Shown: positions 38,055 to 48,304 of the stretch, in pieces
Position numbering within the stretch: position 1 is the first letter of the stretch
How the letters are laid out: every line of letters begins with the position of its first letter
DNA from: an uncultured delta proteobacterium
GTDB taxonomy: Bacteria > Desulfobacterota > Desulfobacteria > Desulfobacterales > QNYZ01
Assembly: GCA_963845145.1 (NCBI GenBank)
Contig: CAWJQU010000005.1
Span: forward strand, 1,248,001 to 1,312,000
Direction of reading: 5' to 3'
Length of the DNA: 64,000 bases
Program-made: the position numbers and the translations under genes
Notes under the pieces: generated by a model
What the model saw: the letters and a program-made list of their open reading frames with translations, nothing else
What the model was told of the DNA's origin: nothing
Databases searched by the model: none

Positions 38055-39833
38055 ATGACCAACGAAATAGATAATACTCAGCCCGAGGGCCTCACCAGCC
38101 ATAAAAAGGGCGGCATGGGGCAACTTCCGGCAACGGCTATCTGTGGTAACGATATTACCTCCTCGTGTTTGTACGTATCATCGCTGGCGATTATTTATGC
38201 AGGTAAATGGGCGCCCCTGGCGCTTTTAATGGTATCCGGGGTTCTGTATATTTTTCGGTCAATCTATGCCGAGGTCGTCGGTGCGCTGCCGCTAAACGGC
38301 GGTGCCTACAATGCGCTGTTGAACACGACAAGCAAATTCAGGGCTTCCATCGCGGCATGCCTGACCATCCTGTCCTATATGGCCACTGCCGTGATATCGG
38401 CCAGCGAAGCCATGCATTATGTACATACCATGTGGCCTGGACTGCCGGTGATTACCGCCACTATTGGTGTGCTGGTCTTTTTTACGGTGCTTACCATCAC
38501 GGGTATTGCCGAGTCCGCCGGTGTGGCCATTGTCATATTTTTCTTTCATCTGATCACGCTAACACTTCTCCTGGCGGCAGGCGGTTTTTATATATATTCT
38601 AATGGATTGGGCACGCTTCATTTAAACTTTTCCACACCCACTAAAGACGGCCTCCTATTTGCTCTGTTTTTTGGCTTTTCAGCCTCCCTTCTCGGAATAT
38701 CGGGATTTGAAAGTTCAGCCAATTTTGTGGAAGAGCAAGCCCAAGGGGTGTTTCCTTTAACGCTTAGAAACATGTGGTTCGCCGTCACCCTGTTTAATCC
38801 CGCAATCGCGTTGCTGGCGCTGGCGCTGGTTCCCATCCCGGAGGTGGGAGGGCACCAGGAGGCTCTACTGGCCCACATCGGCGGCATATCCGGCGGGTCA
38901 TGGCTGGCGAATTTGGTATCTGTGGACGCCGCCCTTGTCCTCAGCGGGGCGGTGCTGACAAGCTTTATCGGCGTAAACGGTCTGGTACGGCGAATGACAC
39001 TTGACCGCTGTTTACCTCAGTTTCTCCTGAAAACAAACCGGCGGGGTACCACGCACCGCATCATCATCTCTTTTTTCATTTTAGCAGTTTCCGTTCTCCT
39101 CATTACCGAGGGAGAACTGAAAGCCCTGGCCGGTGTTTACACGATCTCTTTTTTGGCCGTCATGGCGCTCTTTGGATTGGGGAATATTTTTTTAAAAATA
39201 AAGCGCGCCGGTCTGCCTCGGCCCACGGTTACGCCCCTGCCTTGGGTGCTTATTGCCATCGCTGCAGTCACATCCGGGCTGATTGGCAATGCGATCATGA
39301 ATCCAACCTACCTGGCCGTGTTTTTGGAATATTTCATTCCTACAATGTTGGTCGTTGCTATTATGCTGGGCCGAATTACCATTTTGCAGGCCTGCCTGTT
39401 TGTTGTTCGTTCGATATTGAAGATATTTATTCGAAAAATGACTTCCATATCGCAATTGATACGCAACAAAATCGATCAGATCAATGCGCAGCAAGTGGTC
39501 TTTTTTACCCGTGGCGACAACCTGGCGAATCTCAACAAAGCGATGCTGTACGTCCAGCAAAATGAGCATACGGACAGAATCAAAGTGGTGACGGTTGTTC
39601 GGTCCGAAAGCGACGTTTCACCCAATCTCAGCGGTGATATTAAATTTCTCAATCAGGCCTATCCGAATATAAAGATCGAATTTGTGGTCATAACCGGCCT
39701 GTTTGGCCCTGAGCTAATTCATAAATTGTCTGAAGAATGGAAAATCCCCTACAACTTAATGTTTATCGGATCTCCCGGCACCCATTTTATTTATGGTATA
39801 TCGGATCTGGGTGGCGTTCGGCTGATTATATGA
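38055..39833 (+). CDS. APC-family amino acid/cation permease with cytosolic C-terminal domain
   Basis: About 12 TM helices; NDITSSCLY, NGGAY, SGFESSANF. Confidence 0.88.
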   Translation: MTNEIDNTQPEGLTSHKKGGMGQLPATAICGNDITSSCLYVSSLAIIYAGKWAPLALLMVSGVLYIFRSIYAEVVGALPLNGGAYNALLNTTSKFRASIAACLTILSYMATAVISASEAMHYVHTMWPGLPVITATIGVLVFFTVLTITGIAESAGVAIVIFFFHLITLTLLLAAGGFYIYSNGLGTLHLNFSTPTKDGLLFALFFGFSASLLGISGFESSANFVEEQAQGVFPLTLRNMWFAVTLFNPAIALLALALVPIPEVGGHQEALLAHIGGISGGSWLANLVSVDAALVLSGAVLTSFIGVNGLVRRMTLDRCLPQFLLKTNRRGTTHRIIISFFILAVSVLLITEGELKALAGVYTISFLAVMALFGLGNIFLKIKRAGLPRPTVTPLPWVLIAIAAVTSGLIGNAIMNPTYLAVFLEYFIPTMLVVAIMLGRITILQACLFVVRSILKIFIRKMTSISQLIRNKIDQINAQQVVFFTRGDNLANLNKAMLYVQQNEHTDRIKVVTVVRSESDVSPNLSGDIKFLNQAYPNIKIEFVVITGLFGPELIHKLSEEWKIPYNLMFIGSPGTHFIYGISDLGGVRLII

Positions 39834-39936
39834 CTTGAACCCACAGCCGGGTCCGGGTTCATTGAAAACCGGAACCTGGCCAGCTGCCTGTTCTATAGCC
39901 GTTCCTATCGCGCCTCAGAGTAAGTAGAAAAATATC

Positions 39937-39960
39937 TTGACAAACAGATGATCTTATCTT
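39937..39960 (+). promoter_or_regulatory. Candidate Rrf2 operator 1
   Basis: TTGACAAACAGATGATCTTATCTT, similar to 40491-40514. Confidence 0.5.
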
Positions 39961-40040
39961 AATTAAAATTTATATAACCAATCCCAACAGAAACGACTTT
40001 ATTCATTATCTTTTGTTGCGCAGCAGGAACGAAATATTCA

Positions 40041-40427
40041 ATGTTAAATCAAACTGCCATTTATGCAACTCTGGCAATGGGGTTCTTGGCCAAGCAAGAT
40101 TCGAAAGACCCTATTTTGTCATCAACGATCGCATCTGAAATGGATATTCCGCACAATTTTCTGTCCAAAATCCTTAATCGGCTGGCCCAGGCGGGCTTAA
40201 TCCTTGCCACGCGCGGAAGAGGTGGCGGGGTGGTATTGGCCCGGCCAAGTTCGGAGATCTTTCTCCATGAGGTCGTGAATATATTCATGAAGGTAGACGA
40301 CTACAAACGGTGTTTATTGGGGCGGAAGCATTGTGACGGCAATTGTGGGCTCCATCTGCGCTGGCGAATTATTTCAGAGCAGTTCGAAAAGATGTTAAAC
40401 GAAACCACCATCGCCCAGGTATTGTAA
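40041..40427 (+). CDS. Rrf2 family transcriptional regulator
   Basis: FLSKILNRL, TRGRGGG, three Cys (CLLGRKHCDGNC). Confidence 0.92.
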   Translation: MLNQTAIYATLAMGFLAKQDSKDPILSSTIASEMDIPHNFLSKILNRLAQAGLILATRGRGGGVVLARPSSEIFLHEVVNIFMKVDDYKRCLLGRKHCDGNCGLHLRWRIISEQFEKMLNETTIAQVL

Positions 40428-40490
40428 CCGGTGGCCATTATCGCTTAAAAAATCAGGCGGTAATGGGGGCGAATTTTTTTTGGGTATAAC

Positions 40491-40514
40491 TTGATAAAAA
40501 GATGAACAAATCAA
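40491..40514 (+). promoter_or_regulatory. Candidate Rrf2 operator 2
   Basis: TTGATAAAAAGATGAACAAATCAA (TTGAT-N14-ATCAA) just upstream of the qNOR RBS. Confidence 0.5.
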
Positions 40515-40542
40515 CAAAAAGACAAACCAAAGGAGGTTTCCG

Positions 40543-42816
40543 ATGTCATTAAAAACCCTAAAATGGGCGGCGATTCTCTGTTTTTTGGTGGCCATGGCAA
40601 TTTTATTGGGTGGCGGGGTTTACATGAAAAAAGATCTTCCGCCATATCCAGGTAAAATCGTGGGCCCCGGCGGCGACATTCTTTTCGAGAAAGCGAACAT
40701 TATGGCCGGTCAAGATGTTTACCAAATGTACGGGCTAATGGATCATGGCGCGGTCTGGGGGCATGGATCTCAACGGGGACCTGAGTTTTCAGCCCATACT
40801 TTGAATATCATGGCTGATGCAATCGGTGATTTTTATTCCCAAAAAGACCATGGTAAACCCTATGGCGATTTGACCGGTCTCGAAAAGGGGATCATCGATG
40901 TTAAAATTAAACATGAAACCAAAACAAATCGTTATGATGCAGCCAAAGATACCCTCGTGCTAACCGAAGCTCAGGTTGAGGGCGTAACAAGGGTTCAACA
41001 ACACTGGGATAAAATGTTTAAAGAGGGTGAACAGCGATATGGCTTTCTCCCCAACACGATCGGTGATGAAACCCAGCGACTTGAGATTTCAAGATTTTTC
41101 TTCTGGACTTCCTGGGTAGCGTCTACCTTACGCCCGGGAACGGACTACTCTTACACAAATAATTGGCCCCCGGATAGAAGGGTTGGCAATACAGCCAGCA
41201 CTGAAACATACTTTTATTCGATCGCCGGTATCGTTGCTTTGCTTGTGGTTCTGGGGTTGTTTGTCTTCTGGATTCATCGTTACGGGTTATGGTACGGCGC
41301 GCCCAAGGGCGTTGCTCTGTCTGAAAAGCTGATCGACATGCCCTTGACCTCCAGTCAGCTCTACGCCGCGAAATTTTTTGTGGTGGTTATTCTGCTGTTT
41401 TTGGTGCAAACATGTTTTGGCGGCTTGCTAGCCCATTACACGATTCATCCGGGGACGTTCTTTCTTCCTTTTGTGGCCGAGCTCATTCCGTACAGTTGGG
41501 CAAAGAGCTGGCATTTACAATTAATGGTTTTCTGGGTGGCGACTACCTGGCTGGCCTCGGCCATCTACCTGGCACCCATTATTGGCGGAAGGGAGCCGGC
41601 CAAACAGGGATGGCTGGTCCAGATTCTTTTTGGTGCCGTTTTGCTGGTTGCCGTGGGTAGTCTCACCGGGGAAGTCCTCGGTATCAAAGGCATGCTGGGC
41701 GACTTGTGGTTCTGGTTCGGTCATCAAGGCTGGGAATTCCTGGAATTGGGGCGGGTCTGGCAGATCCTGCTTTTTGGCGGCCTAATTTTTTGGCTTCTGA
41801 TCGTGTATCGAGCGGTGGGTAGCCACCTGAGAAGCCACAAAGATGAGTTCAGCGCGTTGATCTGGTTTTACGTGTTCAGCGCTGTTCTGGTCGTGGCTTT
41901 TTTTGGCTTCGGTCTTTTTTACGGCAAGGGATCACACCTGACGATGGCGGACTACTGGCGCTGGTTTGTGGTCCACCTTTGGGTTGAAAGTATTTTTGAG
42001 TTTTTCGGCATTGCCGTCATTGCTTTACTGATGGTGACGATGGGACTGGCTACGGCCAAGTCTGCTTTACGAGTGGCTTATTTTACCGCAGCCATCACCT
42101 TCATCAGCGGCATCGTCGGAACTGCGCATCATTACTATTGGTACGGTGGGGCCGCCTTTTGGGTTGGGTGGGGAGCAATCTTTTCTTCTATGGAACCCGT
42201 GCCGCTAATGACTTTGGTGGTTAGAGGATTAATGGAGTACCGCGATATCCGTAAAGAAGGCCAGGCGTTTAGTTATAAGTGGCCCATGTATTTTCTTGTG
42301 GCTGCATCTTTCTGGAATTTTCTAGGCGCCGGAATTTTCGGATTTGTGATCAATCTACCGATTATCAACTTTTATGAGCACGGGACCTATTTAACAATGC
42401 ACCACGGCCATACCGCAATGTTCGGTACTTACGGCATGCTGTCCGTTGCTTTACTGTTGTTTTCCTGGCGGGGCCTGGTCGACAAGGCCCACTGGAATGA
42501 TGGTATATTGAAGGTGTCTTTCTGGGGGCTAAACGGTGGATTGTTTCTGATGGCTTTTGCCACCTTGCTGCCGGTTGGGGCTATCCAGGCATGGGTTTCG
42601 TTTAAAGAGGGGCTTTGGGTGGCGAGAAGTGCGGATTTCTTCGAGAAGGGAATTGTCGTTTTTCTTGGAAATTTCCGTGCGATTCCCGATACGATCATTA
42701 TTGTCTTGGGCGTATTACCGTTAGCCTATTTTCTTATCACCACTTACCCCCACCTGAAAGCCGTGGAGATCAAAGATGGCGAATCCGTGTGGGATAGGCT
42801 GGGAATCGAGCTATAG
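40543..42816 (+). CDS. norZ: Quinol-dependent nitric oxide reductase (qNOR)
   Basis: WGHG, YTNNWP, HLWVESIFE, GTAHHYYW, HGHTAMFG. Confidence 0.93.
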   Translation: MSLKTLKWAAILCFLVAMAILLGGGVYMKKDLPPYPGKIVGPGGDILFEKANIMAGQDVYQMYGLMDHGAVWGHGSQRGPEFSAHTLNIMADAIGDFYSQKDHGKPYGDLTGLEKGIIDVKIKHETKTNRYDAAKDTLVLTEAQVEGVTRVQQHWDKMFKEGEQRYGFLPNTIGDETQRLEISRFFFWTSWVASTLRPGTDYSYTNNWPPDRRVGNTASTETYFYSIAGIVALLVVLGLFVFWIHRYGLWYGAPKGVALSEKLIDMPLTSSQLYAAKFFVVVILLFLVQTCFGGLLAHYTIHPGTFFLPFVAELIPYSWAKSWHLQLMVFWVATTWLASAIYLAPIIGGREPAKQGWLVQILFGAVLLVAVGSLTGEVLGIKGMLGDLWFWFGHQGWEFLELGRVWQILLFGGLIFWLLIVYRAVGSHLRSHKDEFSALIWFYVFSAVLVVAFFGFGLFYGKGSHLTMADYWRWFVVHLWVESIFEFFGIAVIALLMVTMGLATAKSALRVAYFTAAITFISGIVGTAHHYYWYGGAAFWVGWGAIFSSMEPVPLMTLVVRGLMEYRDIRKEGQAFSYKWPMYFLVAASFWNFLGAGIFGFVINLPIINFYEHGTYLTMHHGHTAMFGTYGMLSVALLLFSWRGLVDKAHWNDGILKVSFWGLNGGLFLMAFATLLPVGAIQAWVSFKEGLWVARSADFFEKGIVVFLGNFRAIPDTIIIVLGVLPLAYFLITTYPHLKAVEIKDGESVWDRLGIEL

Positions 42817-43026
42817 TTCCCTGCCGGTGAACATAAGGCAGGACCCAGGCGGCCCTGCCTTTATCCAAATTGTTGTTTTCGGTGGTGCGTTCTGTAATTT
42901 TCGTTTAAAATGGCAGTAACCACTGGTTTCCATTCAGAAGGGTTCCCACCCTGGGCTCCCATTCGGATAAACCGGGCGGTTAAAAGGGGTTGGCACTTTC
43001 TAATCGGGCGTCGTTCGCGTCCTTAC

Positions 43027-43608
43027 TTAAACAAAGGCCCAGTGAAGGGATGAACCGGTTTGGGTGATCGCCGCGATGTGGTCTTCGGTAAACCAGGTGT
43101 GACAGACGTCCCATTTTTGATCTTCATAGGCCGAGACAAGGTGGCTGTCATCGATAATTTCCACGATGTGGCATTTGGACAACCCGGTAAATCCCACACC
43201 CATGGCTTTTAAAACCGCTTCCTTGGCCGTCCAGAAACGCAAAAAGTTAATCGTCGTACGCTCCCCGATGAGCGCCCATTCCGCCTGTTCCGCAATTTTA
43301 TCCATTAAGCCCGCATTAACAGGTCGCTTTTTTTCGATATCGATTCCAACCGGCTTTGTAGCGACTACGCCGCCCACATACTCGGACTTATGGGATATAG
43401 ACCAATAGATACCATCGGTGGGGATCGGGGCGCCATCTTGATCTTTACGAAATTCGGTTAAATCTAAACCACTTTTATGAGCACTGATGTGTGCCGCCTG
43501 GCGGGCCAGCCGGCTCAAAGATCGGACCCGCTCCTTGCCCCGCGGAAACCGCGCGATTTCAGGGACTTTCATGATCACCGGCCGTAGTATTCCGGTGCTA
43601 TTCATCAT
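43027..43608 (-). CDS. 4'-phosphopantetheinyl transferase (Sfp-type)
   Basis: SISH, VGIDIE, FWTAKEAVLKA. Confidence 0.9.
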   Translation of the reverse strand: MMNSTGILRPVIMKVPEIARFPRGKERVRSLSRLARQAAHISAHKSGLDLTEFRKDQDGAPIPTDGIYWSISHKSEYVGGVVATKPVGIDIEKKRPVNAGLMDKIAEQAEWALIGERTTINFLRFWTAKEAVLKAMGVGFTGLSKCHIVEIIDDSHLVSAYEDQKWDVCHTWFTEDHIAAITQTGSSLHWAFV

Positions 43609-44524
43609 TTGATTGCATCCTTAACGCCTCTTTGTACACCTGATTGCGAGATGTGCCCAATTGATCGGCCACAAGTCTGGCAATGGCAGACAAAGGAAGA
43701 TCCTGGCTCTCAAATGCGTTTGCGAGCGCCGCTTGGATAACCGTTTTAGATACCGGGGATTTGTCGGTGTTTCCTGCCACCAGCAGCGTGCATTCCCCCT
43801 TGATCGTTTTTCTTTCGGACAATTGGTCGGCAATGTCCTCCAGAGATCCTCGAATAAATTCTTCATGCAACTTGGTTATCTCCCGTGCCAGTACTGCCGG
43901 GCGATTACCAAGGACAGCTTTTAGGTCTTGAACCAATCCAAGGAGCCTTTTTGGAGATTCATAAAAGATTAAGGTAATCGTTTCATTTTCCAGGGATTGA
44001 AGTTGCTTGGCGCGTTGGGCTTTCTTGGTTGGCAAAAATCCAATAAAGGTAAATCTGTCCGTGGGCAACCCGGCGACACTTAGGGCTGCCACCAGGGCCG
44101 ATGGGCCCGGTATGGGGACCACGGAAATTTTCTCAGCCGCGGCAGCGGTAACCAGGCGATACCCGGGGTCTGACACCCCAGGCGTCCCGGCATCGGAAAC
44201 CAAGGCTAAATCGTCACCGGCTTTCAACCGCTCAATGAGGTTAGCCGTTTGTCGGGCCTCATTATGGTCATGATAGGCGATCAGTGGGGTTTTAATTTTG
44301 TAGTGAGCCAAAAGTCGGCCGGTGTGTCGTGTATCCTCGGCCGCTACAATTTTGACCTCGGTCAACACCCGAATGGCCCGCAAGGTAATGTCTTCCCGGT
44401 GCCCGATGGGTGTGGCCACTACGTACAGGGTGCCCTTGTACGGGTCGGCACCGGTTTTACAGGAACCTGGTTTATAGGTACCGGGATTATTAGCTGGATT
44501 ATCCGAAGGCAAGGTTAAAGGCAT
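43598..44524 (-). CDS. rsmI: 16S rRNA C1402 2'-O-methyltransferase
   Basis: LYVVATPIG, AEDTR, SDAGTPGVSDPG, YESP, REITKLHEE. Confidence 0.95.
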   Translation of the reverse strand: MPLTLPSDNPANNPGTYKPGSCKTGADPYKGTLYVVATPIGHREDITLRAIRVLTEVKIVAAEDTRHTGRLLAHYKIKTPLIAYHDHNEARQTANLIERLKAGDDLALVSDAGTPGVSDPGYRLVTAAAAEKISVVPIPGPSALVAALSVAGLPTDRFTFIGFLPTKKAQRAKQLQSLENETITLIFYESPKRLLGLVQDLKAVLGNRPAVLAREITKLHEEFIRGSLEDIADQLSERKTIKGECTLLVAGNTDKSPVSKTVIQAALANAFESQDLPLSAIARLVADQLGTSRNQVYKEALRMQSNDE

Positions 44525-44870
44525 TTTGGATATGTTCGACTATGGGCATTTCATCGGCATACCGAATGGTAACCACGTCAAATCGGGCGCGCCGGCCGGT
44601 ATAACCGGGTTTTTTTAAATAGGCCATTGCCGCAGCGGAAAGGTGGCGCTGTTTGGTGGGGGTAACGGCGAATTTCGGATGGCCGTACCGATCGGATCGC
44701 CGGGCTTTCACCTCTACAAAAACGATGATATCGCCGTCTGCAGCAATAATATCGACTTCACCCCTGGGTGTGCGGAAATTTTTTTCGATAATACGGAATC
44801 CGCGACGCTTGAGAAAGCCGATGGCCAGCTCTTCATTTTTTTTTCCAAAGCGTTGGGAGCGGGCGGTCAT
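44499..44870 (-). CDS. yraN: YraN family protein
   Basis: GEVDII, FVEVKAR, RFDVV. Confidence 0.93.
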   Translation of the reverse strand: MTARSQRFGKKNEELAIGFLKRRGFRIIEKNFRTPRGEVDIIAADGDIIVFVEVKARRSDRYGHPKFAVTPTKQRHLSAAAMAYLKKPGYTGRRARFDVVTIRYADEMPIVEHIQNAFNLAFG

Positions 44871-45514
44871 AGGCTCACCCGGTCGGTTATCGCATTGGGA
44901 ATAACACCCTTGAAGGTTTTTCGATGAATCGGACAGTACCCGTAAATTTTAAGGGCCTCTTTATGCGCCTGAGTCGGGTAGCCTTTGTGTCGGGCGAAAC
45001 CGTAATGCGGGTATTCGTCATGATAGCGGGCCATCAGACGGTCCCGTGTCTCCTTGGCGACGATAGATGCCGCGGCAATGGAGATACTCTTTGAATCCCC
45101 TTTTATTACGGCGTTCTGTTTAATCATGGTGCCCCAGAGGCGATCAAACGGAATTCGATGCGGGCCATCAATGAGCAAATAATCAGGAGATGGGGTTAAG
45201 TTGGCAACAGCAAAGGCCATTGATAAAAGTGAGGCGTTGAGAATGTTGTGGCGATCAATGAATATAGGGTCGACAATCCCGATTCCCACCGTCATAGCCT
45301 GCCGATAGATCTCATTATAAAAATGGTTGCGTCTGCCGGAAGAGACTTTTTTTGAATCGGTCAGCCCGGGTGCATGGAAACCTTGTGGCAATACAACCGC
45401 CGCGCTGACAACAGGGCCGGCCAGGGGCCCTCGTCCGGCCTCATCGGTTCCCGCAATGCATCGATAACCTCTTGATGCAGCATCCCGTTCAAGATGCCAT
45501 TTTGCTTCTTCCAT
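44867..45514 (-). CDS. rnhB: Ribonuclease HII
   Basis: DEAGRGPLAGPV, DSKK, KGDSKS..AAASIVAK. Confidence 0.96.
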   Translation of the reverse strand: MEEAKWHLERDAASRGYRCIAGTDEAGRGPLAGPVVSAAVVLPQGFHAPGLTDSKKVSSGRRNHFYNEIYRQAMTVGIGIVDPIFIDRHNILNASLLSMAFAVANLTPSPDYLLIDGPHRIPFDRLWGTMIKQNAVIKGDSKSISIAAASIVAKETRDRLMARYHDEYPHYGFARHKGYPTQAHKEALKIYGYCPIHRKTFKGVIPNAITDRVSL

Positions 45515-45558
45515 TAGACCCTGGCGGTATTGCCGATAAAGATAAAAATGGACCGGTC

Positions 45559-45906
45559 CTAATTCTCACGGCGTTCGCGAATTCTGGCCGCCTTACCCCG
45601 TAATTTTCTTAAATAGTAAATTTTTGATCGGCGCACTCGCCCGCGGGTAATCACTTCAATTTGATCGATGTTGGGTGAGTGCAGCGGAAAAATTCGCTCT
45701 ACACCGACACCGTAAGAAACCTTGCGTACGGTAAAAGTGGCGTTGGTGGTACCGTTGTGCTTTTTAATGACAACGCCTTGAAATGCCTGAGTCCGCTTTT
45801 TGTCGCCTTCGCTGATACGGACATGCACTTTGATCGTATCTCCGGGATCAAATGCAGGGAAATCAAGCCGCATGTTTTCTTTTTCGATTAGTTCTAATTT
45901 TCCCAT
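45559..45906 (-). CDS. rplS: 50S ribosomal protein L19
   Basis: [27 protein letters not shown]. Confidence 0.98.
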   Translation of the reverse strand: MGKLELIEKENMRLDFPAFDPGDTIKVHVRISEGDKKRTQAFQGVVIKKHNGTTNATFTVRKVSYGVGVERIFPLHSPNIDQIEVITRGRVRRSKIYYLRKLRGKAARIRERREN

Positions 45907-45974
45907 GGTTCCTCCAATAATATCAGTATGTACTATATTTTATTATTTTAAACCAAAAATAGCCAAACAACCAT

Positions 45975-46562
45975 CTAATATCCCATCAAGCGATCCAGCA
46001 CCGCGGTGGCGGCCGATCTAACCGACAGGTGGTTATAATCCGTTTTACCTCTGATCGGATGTAGACGAACATCTGCCTGGTCAATGACTTCGGGTGCCAG
46101 CCCCCAAGCCGTACCAAAAACCAGCAGATGGGGCATACCATCGTTGAGTCGTTGCCGCAAGGTTTTAAAAGAAACACTCTGCGGTTTCTTTTTCGCACTG
46201 GTTACCACGATTTTCGGTGTGCCCGTGTCACGGATCGCGATTCTTTTGGTGACCGATTCAAGGGTGTCCGCCAGCCGGATGATCTCCAGCGCCTCGCGAC
46301 GCTTCGGATTATATTCAGCGCCATAGCCTGTAACCCAGTGGTCTTTGATTCGCCGAACAAGTTTTTGCTGATCTTTCAGCGGGGTCACGACGTAAAATCG
46401 CTTCACGCCAAATGTTCGTGCGGCTCGAGCAATGTCGTGCAAATCGATAGATGTGACCGCCGATGTAATGGTCTCACCAGATTTGCCCAAGACCGGATAA
46501 TGAAGCAGCGCCACATAAATATTCTTATTTTTCCGGGCATCATGTCCTGAAGCGTTGGTCAC
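45975..46562 (-). CDS. SPOUT RNA methyltransferase (TrmD-adjacent family)
   Basis: LLHYPV, DLHDIAR, FGTAWGL, YNHLSVR. Confidence 0.9.
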   Translation of the reverse strand: MTNASGHDARKNKNIYVALLHYPVLGKSGETITSAVTSIDLHDIARAARTFGVKRFYVVTPLKDQQKLVRRIKDHWVTGYGAEYNPKRREALEIIRLADTLESVTKRIAIRDTGTPKIVVTSAKKKPQSVSFKTLRQRLNDGMPHLLVFGTAWGLAPEVIDQADVRLHPIRGKTDYNHLSVRSAATAVLDRLMGY

Positions 46563-47326
46563 GATCGATTTGTCTCACTTTTCCCCAGAATTTTTCCGAA
46601 CCGGGTGTACCACTTTTTGAGAATTCGAAGTTCCTCCTCATTCAATGATTGCCGACTTAAAAGATCCGGCCGTTTTAAACAGGTGCGAATTAATGCGGAT
46701 TCCGCACGCCATTGATCAATGCGCTTATGATTGCCGGATAAAAGAACTTCCGGTACGGTCCGGCCTTCATACTCCCGCGGCCGTGTATACTGAGCATGGG
46801 CCAACCGTTGTGCGGCGAAAGAGTCCGTATCGGCGGAGTGCTCGCCGCCCAATGCCCCCGGCAACAAACGGGTTACGGCATCAATGACCACCATGGCGGG
46901 AATTTCGCCGCCGGTCAAGACATAATCACCAATGGATAATTCCCGATCCACCATGGTTTCGCAAATTCGTTCATCCACACCTTCATATCGCCCGCAAATC
47001 AATACGGCATGATCGATATTCGAAATCTCCTGGGCGATATTCTGATTAAACCCGACCCCCTGAGGCGTCAGATAAATCGTTTCCACTTTTCCCTTTTCGT
47101 TGGTCACCGCCCGAATAGCCGCTGCCAGCGGTTCGGGCTTCATCACCATACCGTCGCCCCCGCCAAATGGACGGTCATCGGTGACACGGTGGCGTCCGGT
47201 GGCGTGATCACGGAGGTTGATGATTCCCGTTTCAATCAGGCCCTGGTCAATGGCTCGTCTAACGATTCCATGCTCAAGAAAACCGGTAAACATTTCCGGA
47301 AAAATCGTCAGGATCGAAAATTTCAT
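46559..47326 (-). CDS. trmD: tRNA (guanine37-N1)-methyltransferase
   Basis: DDRPFGGG, CGRYEGVDER, SIGDYVLTGGE. Confidence 0.97.
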   Translation of the reverse strand: MKFSILTIFPEMFTGFLEHGIVRRAIDQGLIETGIINLRDHATGRHRVTDDRPFGGGDGMVMKPEPLAAAIRAVTNEKGKVETIYLTPQGVGFNQNIAQEISNIDHAVLICGRYEGVDERICETMVDRELSIGDYVLTGGEIPAMVVIDAVTRLLPGALGGEHSADTDSFAAQRLAHAQYTRPREYEGRTVPEVLLSGNHKRIDQWRAESALIRTCLKRPDLLSRQSLNEEELRILKKWYTRFGKILGKSETNRS

Positions 47327-47352
47327 AGGTTACAATCATTTTGGAACCCGAT

Positions 47353-47376
47353 AAAAAAACCGGCCTTGAAGGCCGG
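47353..47376 (-). terminator. Intrinsic terminator between rimM and trmD
   Basis: CCGGCC-TTCAA-GGCCGG followed by T7 on the minus strand. Confidence 0.7.
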
Positions 47377-47507
47377 CATCGAGATCATAAAAAATGCGCT
47401 TTAAGCGCTATGGAAATGGCCTTTATCCCAAAATCCGAATCGTTAAACCTAAGTCAGAACCAATAACCGGTTGCATGGGTTCCGTTGCGGTGCCAGTGTT
47501 TATCAAA

Positions 47508-48017
47508 TTACATTGATTCCAAGCATTTAACCCGCATGCGCTGTGTTTTTACATCCACCTCATCGATCACTGCGGCGATCGCTGGAATCAGGATCTCTTT
47601 GGCCCCGTCTATAACCACATAAACGTCGTTGGCGCCGGTATCGATGATTCGTTCAATGACGCCCATATAGACTCCCTTGGCATCATTGACGGTCATTCCG
47701 ATCAGGTCGTACCAATAATACGTACCGTCCGTCAGTTCGGGCAATCGGTCACGATCAATTAAAATGTCAAACGCTTTTAAAGCACTGGCCGTATCCCTGT
47801 GGTTCACGCCCACAAGAGATAAAAGCAGATGGCGGTGATGCGGTTTTACCCACTTAACGATCCGTTTTTGAATATCACCCCGGGGCGATTTTAGATAGAT
47901 CGTTGCATCGCAGCCAAATATCTCCAACGACTCGGCATAGGAGAACACCTTGACCGCTCCGGTTCGTCCATGGGCACCTACAATCTTTCCCATGGGGACC
48001 AAATGCTCATCGTTCAT
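47508..48017 (-). CDS. rimM: Ribosome maturation factor RimM
   Basis: GKIVGAHG, YYWYDLIG, TGANDVY, LIP. Confidence 0.95.
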   Translation of the reverse strand: MNDEHLVPMGKIVGAHGRTGAVKVFSYAESLEIFGCDATIYLKSPRGDIQKRIVKWVKPHHRHLLLSLVGVNHRDTASALKAFDILIDRDRLPELTDGTYYWYDLIGMTVNDAKGVYMGVIERIIDTGANDVYVVIDGAKEILIPAIAAVIDEVDVKTQRMRVKCLESM

Positions 48018-48029
48018 CGTTTTTCCGAA

Positions 48030-48260
48030 CTATTCAACAATCTCCAACACCGTGCGCTTATTCAATTTTGCCGAGGCGGCACTTAGAATGGTGCGCATGG
48101 CTCTGGCGGTTCGGCCTTGCTTCCCAATGACCTTGCCCAAGTCTTCTTTGGCCACGGTAAGCTCCAGCACCGAGGTTTGGGCGCCTTCGATTTCATTGAC
48201 GTCAACTTGCTCGGGATTATCCACCAGGGCTTTGGCGATAAATGTAACCAGGTCTTTCAT
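48030..48260 (-). CDS. khpA: KH-domain RNA-binding protein
   Basis: Start MKDLV at 48260 with [21 protein letters not shown]. Confidence 0.93.
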   Translation of the reverse strand: MKDLVTFIAKALVDNPEQVDVNEIEGAQTSVLELTVAKEDLGKVIGKQGRTARAMRTILSAASAKLNKRTVLEIVE

Positions 48261-48304
48261 AACTCCTCCTCTTTCGCCTTTTAATAAATGGGGTAGCGAG
48301 CTCT

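Noticed and set aside
40543..42816. Possible nitric oxide dismutase (NOD)
   Set aside because: The canonical qNOR ligands are intact (HLWVE..FE, HH, HGH), with no NOD-type substitutions.
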